Of a stretch of 64,000 nucleotides of DNA, positions 51,258 to 63,234 are shown in pieces. Both the position numbers and the translations under genes were made by a program. Source of the stretch: Chlorokybus atmophyticus (Eukaryota > Plantae > Mesostigma and Chlorokybus algae); assembly GCA_009103225.1 (NCBI GenBank), contig RHPI01001259.1, positions 186,001 to 250,000 on the forward strand. Reading direction: 5' to 3'. Position 1 is the stretch's first letter; each line of letters opens with the position of its first letter. Under the pieces are notes generated by a model. The model was not told the origin of the DNA and ran no database searches. It saw only the letters and a list, made by a program, of their open reading frames with translations.

Positions 51258-54200
51258 ATGCCAAGCGCTCCTCGCCCAAACTCTAATCTCTGCTCCCCTC
51301 TCAAGCCCATCTTGCTGTCGGCGCCGGCTTTCGCTGCCATGGGTGAGTGTCAGTCATGTTTGAGGTGCAATGGAAAGGGTGAAGCATTGGTAATTTGCTA
51401 ACTGTAACTGACGTTCATGTCGACAGCTGCCGGTGGAGCCATGCTAGTTGAAAAGCTAAGCAATGCCAAGCTGGAATCTCCCAAGTCGTCCTCCATGGTG
51501 CAGCAGCGAATACAGGTCACAGCATTTAAGCCATGTTGAAACTGAATCTGCATGGAGCAGTTGACGCTTTGCATGGTGATACTACCGTACTTGCAAGGTC
51601 AAGGGGGTGCATTTGGCCGCGGTTGTTGACAATCTGTACATGCACATTGCAGGCTTTGGAAGAACAAGTGCACACATTGCAGCAAAAGCTGGACGAGAAG
51701 GATGCAGAGTTAAAAATGTACGCATCAAACTCGAGTGTGCGCAATGTTGTGCGATGTGCCATACAGGTGTCAGGATCACATTACATCCTTCATTGCTTGC
51801 GGATGTGTGCGTGAAGGTGTAAATGATATGTGTGCATGATATGTTTGTCAAGGTAGAGTGCTGAGCGGTACAAAATGCTTTCACTATGGCAGTTGGGCAA
51901 CCATCATTCCAGGTGCATTGTTCAAGACCATCATGCGCACTGATGGATCTCTGACAGTACCCTATGCGTCTGATGAGACCAACCGTTTGCTGGGTACGGC
52001 CAAAGACATCGAGAATTGGAGGAATGTCAGCTCCGAGGACAAGGTGCAGTATGCTGGCATTGGGTCATTGTGGTTGTGGTGTTAGTTGACGTACATCGGC
52101 CACAAATGACCATGAGTTGCCGTGGTGATGCATATGCTTGTTGAGCTTTTGCCATGCTGGTTCCTGAGTTCTTGTGTATGCAGCCACAATTGTTGGCTCA
52201 AGCGAAAGACTGTGGGGATTCCCTCGCGATGTTCAAAGGCATTTATAAAAGCACCAGTCCGACGGACCATCAGGTGAGGTGTGCACTGCTGGGTTGTCTT
52301 TTTTGCTCAAGTGCAGCTGTGGTATAAGTTTCTCGTTGTCAATCAACAAGTAGCCCTTACCAGGCAAAGTATGTGTAGGCGTCCAATGTTTCCTGTGCAG
52401 GTGCGTTGGGTGCAAACACGTGCGCTCCCGCTGCCAAAGGATGCTGATGGAACTCAGAAGTGGTATGGTGTTTCCATGGACTGCACCGAGTTCCTCAAGG
52501 TTGGTGGGCAGCACAGCTGAGACTAAATTGCAGTCATCTATAGCAGAAGTCCGTGCTCATTTATGATTGCAATGCTCCAGACACAAGAGGCCTTGCGAGC
52601 ATCAGACGAGCGCTTGCAGTTGGCTCTTAAAGGAGCTGAAGCTGGTATCTGGGACTGGGATATTAGCGAGCAACAGGTCTCTCTCTCTCTCCCTCTCTCT
52701 CCCTCTCTCTCTCCCTCTCTCTCCCTCTCCCTCCCTCTCCCTCCCTCTCCCTCCCTCTCCCTCCCTCCCTCCCTCCCGCCCTCCCGCTCTCTCTCTCTCT
52801 CCCCCCCGCGAGAGGGCGAAGGGAGGGAGGGGCGTGCGCACACATGCGCGTTTTCGAGTGCATATGTGTATTGTTTCTGTCCAACTGCTAACTGGTCTTG
52901 TGTATGATGAGTCTGCTTGCAAGCACGGCCTTGCTTCCAAACCGCTAAACAACAACCGTGGTCCAGCAGCGATGCGTCACTCTGACACGCTGTTCATGCA
53001 GTGGTGCGTGTCGCGTGAGTATCAGGCACTGCTTGGATATACTGGAGAGACATGGCGAGATTCAAAATATGACGGCCACACTCAAGAGGGGCTGCCCAAA
53101 AACAGAGATACCGAGATGGGAGAGATTCATCCGGAGGACCTGGATTGCGTGTCTCAAATGATGAAAGGCCACTTGGAGAATGGCGAGGACTTTGGTAATG
53201 AACTGTCATGCGCAGCCAGGGCATTGTGTCGTAAATAGTGCAGATCATGTGGACGCACAAAAGCATGTGCAGTCGGATATACTTATTCAATCCCATTCAC
53301 CTTGCAATGGCTTGGCAGATTGCGAGCTCCGATTTTTGTGCGCCGATGGCCAGTACAAGTAAGTGACGTGTGCTGGCAGATGAATGCTCTCTTGTAGTGA
53401 ATGGGGAACTGCAGGCATGTATGCGCTCGCGTGTGCAGACACACAGATGCACACAGGTGCACGCACATCTGTACACGCATGCACACACTTGCAAATGCAG
53501 ATCGAGTTATGGATACACTCGTGCATATGGTGCTCGTGCATATGGTCAAGCGGCACATACATGAGTGCATGGACAATATGCACGCTTGCAAGCACATGGT
53601 GGTGGATGCTAGTGTTGATGCTGTGACATGATTGTTGTTCTGGTCTAGGTGGTTCCGCAGCTGTGGATCCTGCATACGGGATGCTGAAGGCAAGCCGTTC
53701 CGCATGGCAGGTGAGCAACACTTGTTGTCGCCACTGTTGTTGGGTCTCTCGCAGGTTGGCTGCCATGTCAAGAGCACCCGCGTGTTGCATTGTCTCTGGT
53801 TTAGTAGCAGCAGTGCACCTCCTTTGCACGATTGCAACCAGTGAAGATGGCCTGTTTACCAGCGCTTCTATGCTCTGCAGGTTCATTAACAGACATCAAT
53901 GACCGCAAGCTCGCAGAGATGGCACTCAGGGATGCACTGGCGGCCGCCAAACATGCAGACTCTGCAAAGTCACAATTCCTTGCCAACATGTACGACTTGG
54001 TTTGAATCACATTGGGAAAGCAGCGATGTTGCAATGAGACACAACACCTCCTTGTGTCAGCTCTGTTCTTGCAGCAATGTTGTTATTTTTGGCGCTTCCA
54101 TGCATGCACCTGCACTTTACAACTCACAATTAGTCCTCTGCGCAATAGCTGACTTGACAACTGCTGCTTTTTCAGGAGTCACGAGTTGAGAACGCCCCTC

Positions 54201-57200
54201 AACAGCATCATGGGTAAGTTGCCTGCAGCTGGCTCAGCTCAGTAATGGTTTTGTATGGTGCTAACAATTGCTCACCAACATGCTGGGCTGTTTGCCTTGC
54301 ATGACTCTTTGCAGGTTATGCTGCACTTCTCGCTGACTCGCCTGGGTTGAATGATGAACAACGCAACTTCGTCAACACCATTCGCAGGCAAGCACAACAC
54401 AAACACGAAACCTTTGAGCTAGCCCAACCCCAAACAAGGGCAGGGTGTGCACTCAAATCTTTTTGCCATAATGCGTTGATACTGAAACAGGGTTTCCGGT
54501 TATGATTTGTATCTCTGGCTGTATGAAGCTGATCGTCCTTCAGTCTGTTGCTAACCTCGTAGTGTTGCTATGTGCAGCTCCAGTGATTCACTATTGACGC
54601 TTGTCAACGACATCTTAGGTATGCATCAGCTGACAATGCTGTGATAACATGCAGTTGCCCTTGCATGCCACCAATGTTGATTGTTGCCACAGACTTTAGC
54701 AAGATTGAAGCCGGGAAGCTGCAGCTTGAGAAATCTGTATTTGAGATTGCTGGCTGCGTTGAGGACTCAGTAGACCTTCTTGCAACACAGGCATGTTGAC
54801 ATTGTGCGCTGATCCACGTTGGCTGACATGCAAGCATGCCTGCACAGGTTCACCTGGCAGTCGTGAGCTACGACCTGACATTAGTGCTATGCAGGCTGCT
54901 AACAAAAACTTGGATTTAGCGTACCGCATAGCACCTGAGTGTCCAGTGGCAGTAGCCGGTGACGTGTCGAGGATACGACAGGTGAGGCGATGTTGCCATC
55001 TGAGTTTTTCCTGTAGGTGCAGCAAAGCCTATGTTTGACATGCATGTACGTTCGCAATATGCATGCAGTCAGTCTGCAACTTACGCTTCGTTTGTGTTGT
55101 ACAGATCCTGGTGAACCTTGTAGCGGTGAGACATTGGGACACTCATGTTTTGTGTCAGGATTGCACGCTATTTTTCGTGTGAGGCACTGGCATGCAGATT
55201 GGTAAAGCGCAAATTGTAATAATCTCATTGCTCGGTGTATTTGCCTGCCAGAACGCTGTCAAGTTCACATCCAAAGGCGCTGTGTTCGTTGAGGTGTCAT
55301 CTGAACCCTATGTGGTGCCCGTTGCTCCCGCGCCTGATGGTGACAGTAATGGTGCTGACCAAGGCGCTTGCATGTCGCCTACTGGCTTCAGTGGCGCCGA
55401 CAAACCTGACTTGCTGCTGCTGCACTTTGCTGTGCACGACACCGGTACACTTTTTGCATGCCATTGCATGCCGTTGCAAGGCAGGGGGCCTTGTGGTTGT
55501 CGCTCTAACTTTATGTATGGTGAGGCAATGCATGCATAAGCTTGTGCAGAGTCTTATTGATACCCCTGCTGTGCAACAGGTATTGGCGTTGCAACGGATC
55601 AGCAGCAGCTGTTGTTCAATGCATTCTCACAGATAGATGCTGGAAGGTCCAGACAGTATGGAGGCACAGGCCTAGGTGCGTCGACACATTGAACGGTGTT
55701 GACAGTCTTCCTCAGCAGTTGTTGCCGTCATTGGTATTTGCTTTACAAATGTCTAGTGTGACATATTATTGTTTTGTTCTGGCAGGTCTTGCAATAGTGA
55801 TGCGCCTTGCCAAGATGATGCGAGGTATTTCTTGCTTCATGCCATATCTGTTGTTGTGTCACACACCTGCGCTCGAGTTTGAACTGGCCTCACACTCCTA
55901 CAACTCATGTGTATGTTAACTTATGGCAGGGAGTGCATGGGTAGAGAGTGATCCGGCTGTCAAGCCAGGTACAACAGTGCTGTAGACAGCTGTGCCATGC
56001 TGCCACCACACCTTTACATGCAGCATCTATAATGTATAGGGACCACAAGCTGAGTCTGTCTTCATGGCTAACAGGTGCAACATTCCGTGTCACTGTCGTC
56101 GTTGAAACGGTGGGAAGGCGCGCAGCTCCTTTGGCACGGCAAAACTCCCCCAATTTCAAGCATTGTCCGTATGCGAAGCACACCATCTTGCTGGTACACG
56201 CCCATTCATTGCATCCTTGCTCACAGCTGGCTCTGGTTCCAGATCCTGCAAAACAAATGATTGTCGTAATGCTGACTTGCTTCTTGCCAGCTGGCAGCGG
56301 ATGCAAGCAAACAAGTCATGTCCGAGATGCTGCAGCGCTGGGGCTCGACAACACTTGTTGCATCTACAATGAAAGAGGCGCTGTTGTATCTCAAGAACGA
56401 GGCAGTTGGAGCATGCATAGCGGTAAGATGGGTACATAGTAATATGTTGGTTGCCACCATAATCAGCACATGCATCTTAATACCTCCCGTGTGTCTCCTA
56501 GGATCGCCAAATACTTTCCCAATCAGAGGTCGCAGAGCTCGCTGGCCTGTGCAAAGTCATAGTGCTAACAGGTATCGGCAACAAGCGCGAGGACATCCAT
56601 GAGCGTGTTGAAGCCTTCGTGACAAAGCCTGTTCGACCATCTCAGGTACAGATACTGCTCGAGCTATAAGCATGAAGGGTGACTCAGGTACTCAGACTGC
56701 GTGTATTGTTGTCTTGCCAGCTTTACAACGCCTTGCAAGCGTGCTTTGCTGGCTCCTCCCAAAGCATGTCGCCGCAAAGCCCGCAAGCTCAACGCGTACT
56801 AGTGGCATTCGATGGCACCCTGGGGACGCGATATCCACTTCGTCTTTTAATTGCGGAAGATAACGTCATTAACCAACAGGTCAGCGATAAGTGCAAGTGA
56901 CTGTGTTACTAGGTTCTGCGTGATGCAAGACATGTGTGTCCTATCCAGAGCTCTCTCTCAACTGTGTGGTGATATCAGGTATTGCGGCGACTGCTGCAGA
57001 GGCTTGGATATGCATCAGATGTATGTGCCAATGGGTTGGAAGCAGTGCAAGCCTGTCAACGGCAGGCATACAATGTCATCCTGATGGATCTAAACATGGT
57101 AAGTCAGGTTGGCTTCATACTGCAGACTTCGAAAATTTGCTGAAGGCATGCACGTGTCAACCTCAACAATTTTGTATCACAGCCGATATGCGACGGGCTT

Positions 57201-57525
57201 GAAGCCACAAGGCTGATCTTGCAGTCGGGTAGCAGAACGCCAATCATCATTGCGGTGACCGCCGCTGCGCTGCGTGAAGAGCAAGAGATGTGCTTCACAG
57301 CTGGCATGCACTTGTGAGTTTTGGTGCTTCAGTTCTTTTTTGCCTCTGCACCCGTACATGTTGGTCCGTCTCTCTGAGCAATTCACCAGATCGTACGAAC
57401 AAGAGTGCATTGTTCCTTCCAGGTACTTAAGCAAGCCGGTTGCACCCAGGAGCCTTTCTCAGGCCCTGACGACTGCTTATGAGATGTTGCAGCGACGAGA
57501 AGGTTACAAGATCGAGGCCGCGTAA
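51258..57525 (+). CDS. Soluble hybrid histidine kinase: coiled coil-PAS-PAS-HisKA-HATPase-pseudo-receiver-receiver; about 25 exons
   Basis: PAS1: [26 protein letters not shown]...[10 protein letters not shown]...[12 protein letters not shown]2: [19 protein letters not shown]...IHPEDL...[10 protein letters not shown]|WFRSCG...GKPFRMAG|[10 protein letters not shown]-box: KSQFLANM|[13 protein letters not shown]. Also [17 protein letters not shown]-box GDVSRIRQ|ILVNLVA|NAVKFT, G boxes VHDTG|IG, F box FSQ, and YGGTGLG|LAI. Receiver: [11 protein letters not shown]|V, VILMDLNM|[20 protein letters not shown]. No transmembrane segment seen. Stop is TAA. Confidence 0.93.
52678..52806. repeat. Intronic polypyrimidine (TC/TCCC) tract
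   Basis: About 130 bp of only C and T (two G) directly after the splice donor at 52677. Confidence 0.92.
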
Positions 57526-58149
57526 CAGCGACTCTGTTTATACACACCATACACACCATAAGAAGTACGTAGAGGTCGCACTTAGCCCAAGTCCACAATG
57601 CTGCTATTGGCACAGCTGCACATGTCGTGATAACAGCTGTGATAGCATGCACATTGGTGTTTGATTAGGTTGATTGCTGCGATGACAGCGATAGATACGC
57701 TGCAAGTGTTTGCTAGTATACAATCTGTTTGCATTTGACATGCGGTCTGAGCCAGCATGATCTGTTTTTAGCAATTTCCCACTTGTTACTGTTGGCTGTG
57801 GATAGCCATGTGGTGCAGTGTCGATTCAGCCGTACGCTTGCATGTGAACACCTGTAACGAAGAAGGCCAGCCTCTAATTGCTGGTTAGCATCGCATGTGT
57901 ATTTGTTGTTGGTGTGCTCTCAGAAACATACTTTCAGTACACGAGAAACGAGCCAGCTTGATGAAGCAAACCACAACATTGGATTACCGTATCACATGCA
58001 ACCCAAGTAGCAGTTGAGCCGGACACGTGGAGGCAACACTTGTACCTCTGTACGTAGTGGTGATTAATATTTGATATTTAAGCCTCACTCCAACGCGTCG
58101 GGAGTCAAGGTAGTCACATCAGTCAGCGTTGTGGTCATTGTGAAGCATC

Positions 58150-60030
58150 CGTTCTCCGTGCCTGTCGCACAGCATCGCACAAAGCTAAGGTGAGCAATGC
58201 TAAGGCAAGACATCACTGAACTGCCGCTAGCGCTATACACCACGGGTACTGCGTGATAAAATGGCGACAGATGATGCGCCTCTAAGCCCGGGTGCTCAAG
58301 TGTGCAGCGCGCGCATGCAGCGATAAAGCCACAAACGGCTCACCCAACAACCCATGCAACTCCACCGCGAATGGGACAAATGTAACAGTTGGATGGCAGT
58401 CAGCGTATTGTATTCTCACCTTACTCTACTGCTGGAGTGCCGGAGCTAGCAACAGACAGCCAACCAGTGACTGTGACAATGAGTAGAAGCCGAGCATCGC
58501 GCGCAACCTCGGTAGCGACGATGTTCATGCGCAAACTGCTGCCCTCACCTCATATAGGTAGTACGCCCACCTGCTCTCTGGACCAAGTACGCAGCTGCGC
58601 ACATGGTGCGCACGCGCGCGTGCGCATGTGCTGTGTGTTGTCGTCTGTGCTGTGTTGTTTTCTGTGCTTGTGCTCTCCTCTGTGCTCAGCACAAACATCA
58701 TGATGCCTTATGATGAAGACAAAGGTGTCAGGAACGACGAAGGTGTTATGCACTCGTGTGCGGTGTGCGGTGGCCCCTTCTACATGCAGGCCATCAAATG
58801 CAAGCCCCTCACATTCCGCAGCTGCTCGCCGCAAACGCAAATGCACACTCTTGTGCGCAGGTGCGGTAGCCGAAGATGGCGTGTGGCAGAGCGAAACAAG
58901 ATCTCACATTCAGGATGCGGACGCACGGGAACACATAGCAACCACACTCCTGCTCCGCTGCTTGAAGGGTGTACATTGCGTGACGATGCTCTCGGGGCGA
59001 ATGCTGCTGCTGAGTCCATTGTGAGAAGTCCTCTTACATAATCCTGCACTCGCGGCAAACGCAGAGGAGGCAGACTGTCCCGAGTGTCCAGAGTGCAACC
59101 TGGTCAGGTAGTAGAGTGATAGTTTGTCGCAAGTCCTGCTCATATGGTAGGCCTTCCGATGCCACCTCATTTTTTCGCACCATCCGACTGCAACTCTGCT
59201 GGACAAGTATAATGCACGTATCCACTCGCATGCAGCTGCAGGAGCATGCAGCAGTTGCGGCACCACACCCAGCTCCACTTAATGAAGCACGAGGCGCAGC
59301 ACGAGAACATGGACGCTGGTGCAGAGCAATGCCACGAGTGCTAATCAGCATGCTGGACAAGCGCCTACCACAGCAGCGCAGGCTGTCCATCCTCCCACCC
59401 AAGCAGGCTGTGAGTCTTGTGCGCTTTGTCCATGGTGCTTATAGCAGCCCAGTAGTCAAGTGGTGTTTGCAAGTGAGCCCATGCGATTTGCACCAGTCTA
59501 TCTGTCCTGAGCAGTATGTAGAATGTCTTGCAGAGCAGTCTGCCAATCGGTCGCATGACCTCCAGTATCTGCTGCGACTATCTGGGCTGTGCTCGAGTTT
59601 GCCTTCCAGCATCCATTGATAGATAAACAACAGGACTTACCACTACTACAACAGCAACACTGCTTCTGCAATGCAGACGGTGTGGCAATACTTGCATAAC
59701 TATCTGCGAAAGCTGGAGCATGCCTATTGGAGACGTGGTGGCGGCGCAATAGCTGGATCTCAGCAGACAACCACAAGCCGAAAACGTATACAACTACTCA
59801 TCACCGCGGCTGCAAGTATCGTGCGTAGTATCAATTCAAGTTGTGCAGCCACTAGCAAATGTGCAAGCGCGCAGACAAGTGCTTGGTTACCAAGTAGATA
59901 AGAGAGGTATGTAATGAAAAAGTTCGGCTGTTAATGCAAGAGTCGATCAAGTTCGGCAACCAACAGCCTGCGATAAGTGCAAGGTTGCACATACTGCAAC
60001 TCAACTACAGGGCAACTGAATTATTGCATG
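58150..60030 (-). mobile_element. Degraded, 5'-truncated CRE-clade-like non-LTR retrotransposon (RT thumb + CCHC knuckle + restriction-like endonuclease)
   Basis: Minus-strand fragments, broken by stops and frameshifts, occur in the expected order. IQLLRRH; HATDWQTALQDIL; LRLVLH*VELGV...LHAPAAACEW (cf. LPLRxGGLG...HAPAAYxASW); SSSGAGVWLLCVP...EILFRSATRHLRLP...CVCGEQLRNVRGLHLMAC (CxC..HxxxC); RTRVHNT (RH[ND] motif); REQVGVLP...LRMNIV...LLLIVTVT (PD..D motif, decayed); VTFVPFAVELHGLLG. Boundaries are approximate. Confidence 0.78.
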
Positions 60031-60171
60031 TATAAGGATTCAATTGCGACATGTGTGACCATGAGCTCGAGCATGCCAGGTCAGTGACATCGGCAGGCCA
60101 AAACTATATCATGTCATTGACACAGAAGTTGTTACACATGTACACAAGGTAAGTAAAATCCACCCACTGCC

Positions 60172-62583
60172 TTAGTCTTCTACCCTAGAGTGAGTGGGGG
60201 AGTTGCAGAAAGCGGCAGCTGAGCGATCATTGGCTTCCTCAGCCTGTGGTGTCGAACGTGCACTCAGTCACGGGTCCAACTCGCCAAAGGTACACATTGC
60301 AGCACGCGCATGCACGCGTTGTTGAGAAGAGGCACAACTCCTGACTCTATGCACATATTCTCACCTCTGCCTCGTCAACAACCAGCGCGCCAAAAGGAGT
60401 CTCCCGCAGTGCATCCTTGTCCTCATACATCTCTATTAACCACCTGTGAAAAAGGAGCAGATGCAATCAAGCAAAGTTGTAGACCTGTTGAGTGGTCATC
60501 ATCTCTATCAGCAGCAGCAGCAGTCTTACTTCAGTGTGGCTTGCTTCGGCTCAAATTGGACTGAGATAAACTCCTTGATCATCGTGTTGCTCAGCTTCAC
60601 CGCCTCGTTAAACTTTTTGTTCCAGCTCGCTCCATTCAACTTAAAGGCCTCCACCACAAGGGCTCCTGCATGTGTCACGTTGGTCAGTTGCAAGTTGATA
60701 AATGAGGTCGAGTAAGAGTCCCTTCCAATCAACACACACCACTTACCCATCTTTGATGTCAGAAATTTGTCTCGTGCATCCTTGTCATTGTAGCATGAAC
60801 CCATCACCCAATGCTTGTATCCAAACCAGTAATCCTCAGGGCTGGAAGACAAGTGATGCGCATCAGTGCTGCCCCGCAACCAGGGATAGGTGTTGTGCAT
60901 AATGCGTCACATGGCTAATGCAGCTGACCTGAAGTCCCCGTAGTGCAGCGCATCCGCCATGGCTGACGAGCACATGTCCAACCCGCTATCATTTGATCGT
61001 GATGGTGCAGCATCCTGGCACAAGAATAGGTCGTTCTATGTTAACAGCCAGCACAATGCAGTGGCACTGCAATATAGAGGTTTCAGAGATAGCTGAGCGA
61101 CAACAGGCGTTACCTCAGCCTGTGAGGTGTACTTGCCAAGCATGACGCCGTCCGCTGCTCCAATTGCCTAGCCAAGTGATGCATACTCAGCATGAGAGCC
61201 GTCACATCTTTCTGCAGGCCATGTGGAAATTGCACGCAAGCGTACTACCTGCTGAGCAGACTGCATGATGCGCGTGAAGTCCACTCCAAAGTTGCCATTC
61301 TCGACGTCCTCAGCGGGATCGGAAGTTGTTGGGGCCTCCGTGGTGCTGCTAGCCTTCTTCTTCCTCAGCTCTTGCACACTCAAGGGCCTGTAGCTGGACC
61401 TGGGCATGCAAGCACACCTCAACACAATTGTGGGTATGCACTCACACAACTATACCGCACACTGTGAGTGGACTAATCTGGTCTACTATCACCGATACGG
61501 TGCCAATACCGAGACACCAGGCAAGTGAAGAAGCGATAATGGCATGCGGCTCCAAAACAGCAAGCACGCAATCGATGCTTCGGTGGGGTAATTAGCACCG
61601 TCGCTTAAACGGGTGTCAGTGCTGGTCAACCCACCAAAGCAACGCTTGTCTCGATGTACCAAACCAAGACAACATGCACACTCACTGTTGTCGTGATCTG
61701 CGGCCCCCAATGTAGTCTCTCTCCAGGAGCCTGTCATCATCGTCATCATACAGCTGGGGAGCAGGAGGAGTCACTTCGCTGTCTCGCTGCTTGCGCTTGG
61801 TGGTGTCCTCGAAATTATCTGACCGCTGCACGGCGGTTCTCTTGCCTCTGGACCTTAACCCCTTCACTGCAGTTGCATCGTTATTCATGAATTTGGTATC
61901 AGAACTTTGTGACTTCTGGCTTCCAGCACCATTGTCATCGTCGGACTGCTTGCGCCGTGTATTGGATGTAGAAGGCTTTTGTTCAGCTTCGTCTCTTTCA
62001 TCATCGGAGGACTCCTTTTTTGCATTCGGCTTGCGTTTCCTAGACTTGCGCTCGTGATCACTGCTAGCAGCCTTACCAGAAGAAGATGCAGCGGACTTCC
62101 TGTCAAAGAAGATACCATGTGAGAACATCCAAAAGCTGAAGGCTACAGCACATGAGATGATTGACTGAATGAGAGCATATCCAATGACTTGCCATGAGCA
62201 CTTACTTTTTGTTCCACTCTGACGGTTTTAGCGCGTGCTCTGCTCCCACATCATCGCGCTTTTTCTCAGCGGCAGCAGCGGTACGCGTGACAGCTTCTCC
62301 CCTATGGTGTACCATGTGTTGGATGGACGGATTAACGACAGACACATATACACACGCGCGCAGTCTCACGCACACACACGTTTGCACGCACTTATGCATA
62401 ATGGTTTACGGTGCATAGAAGCGACATCATCATGCCATAATATGCTTACTTGCCAAAGAACGAGGTGATTTTCTTGCTACTCTGAGCAGCCGCAGCCTCC
62501 TCAGCGGCCTTACGAGTTGCTCGAGTGTCCTTTCTCCCATTGGCTGCTGCGCTTGCAACCGGCGTCCGGCCCATTCGAGACAT
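60172..62583 (-). CDS. Uncharacterised nuclear protein: N-terminal PIP-box-like motif, long charged disordered region, globular C-terminal domain; about 10 coding exons plus a 5'-UTR intron
   Basis: MSRMGRTP...AQSSKKITSFFGK|, then KRKPNAKK and acidic/basic tracts. The C-terminal part reads ...ADALHYGDF|STDAHHLSSSPEDYWFGYKHWVMGSCYNDKDARDKFLTSKM|GALVVEAFKLNGASWNKKFNEAVKLSNTMIKEFISVQF..K|WLIEMYEDKDALRETPFGALVVDEAE|AEE...VED*. Consecutive GT-AG junctions keep frame. The last exon is less certain. Confidence 0.7.
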
Positions 62584-63147
62584 GCTTGCAACCCTAACGA
62601 AGCCAAAATGCCAGTCAATCAAGCATGTCTGAGCCAAACCGTAACAGTATACCATTGCAGAAAGCTCAGAATGAAGCAACTTGGCAGAAGTCTACAGCTG
62701 CATTTTTCAATTGTCTAAGAGCACGGCGAGGCTGGTCAACAGTGTCAGCACAAGAGAGTGAGGAGTAGCAATGCAGCCTTCCGAGGAAGCGAGCTTCCTC
62801 TAAGGGCAGCGCCTCTTTGAGATCCAGCATACAAACAGCTGCAGAAGCAGTAAAACCCTAGCGCAGAGCAGCTGAGAGAGCAAGACGGCCAAGAGCCACG
62901 CAAGCAAGCAGGCCGTGGACCGGCGGGTGACCCAAGCGCTCTTACCAATACAGTAGATCGCCGCACCTTCCGGAAGCCAACCGGTCAGCCCCGCCGTATA
63001 CTGAGACGACAGCCGCAAAGGACGACAGACACAACCCGCCCACCGCCCCGACCCACACCACCACCACCACCGCAGCCGCCCACAACCCCGCCGCTGAGCT
63101 CAGCTTTTGCCGCCAGACGCACGCTTCTGAAACGGCCGAACGGAATT

Positions 63148-63162
63148 TTCAAATTTTCCCGC
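63148..63162 (-). promoter_or_regulatory. Composite E2F site + CHR-like element
   Basis: The minus strand reads GCGGGAAAATTTGAA. TTTCCCGC (63155-63162) is a canonical E2F site; the adjacent TTTGAA (63148-63153) is the CHR consensus. A telo-box AAACCCTA lies at 63212-63219. Confidence 0.6.
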
Positions 63163-63234
63163 GAAGTGACCTCACGTTATGTATCACAATGTGAGTTGAC
63201 ATTCAAAGTTGAAACCCTAGTACTGTCTCTGAGG

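Noticed and set aside
58628-59041. Plus-strand ORF with CAVCGGPF as a zinc-finger gene
   Set aside because: It is the antisense of the CRE-like element's cysteine-rich region; the minus strand explains the sequence.
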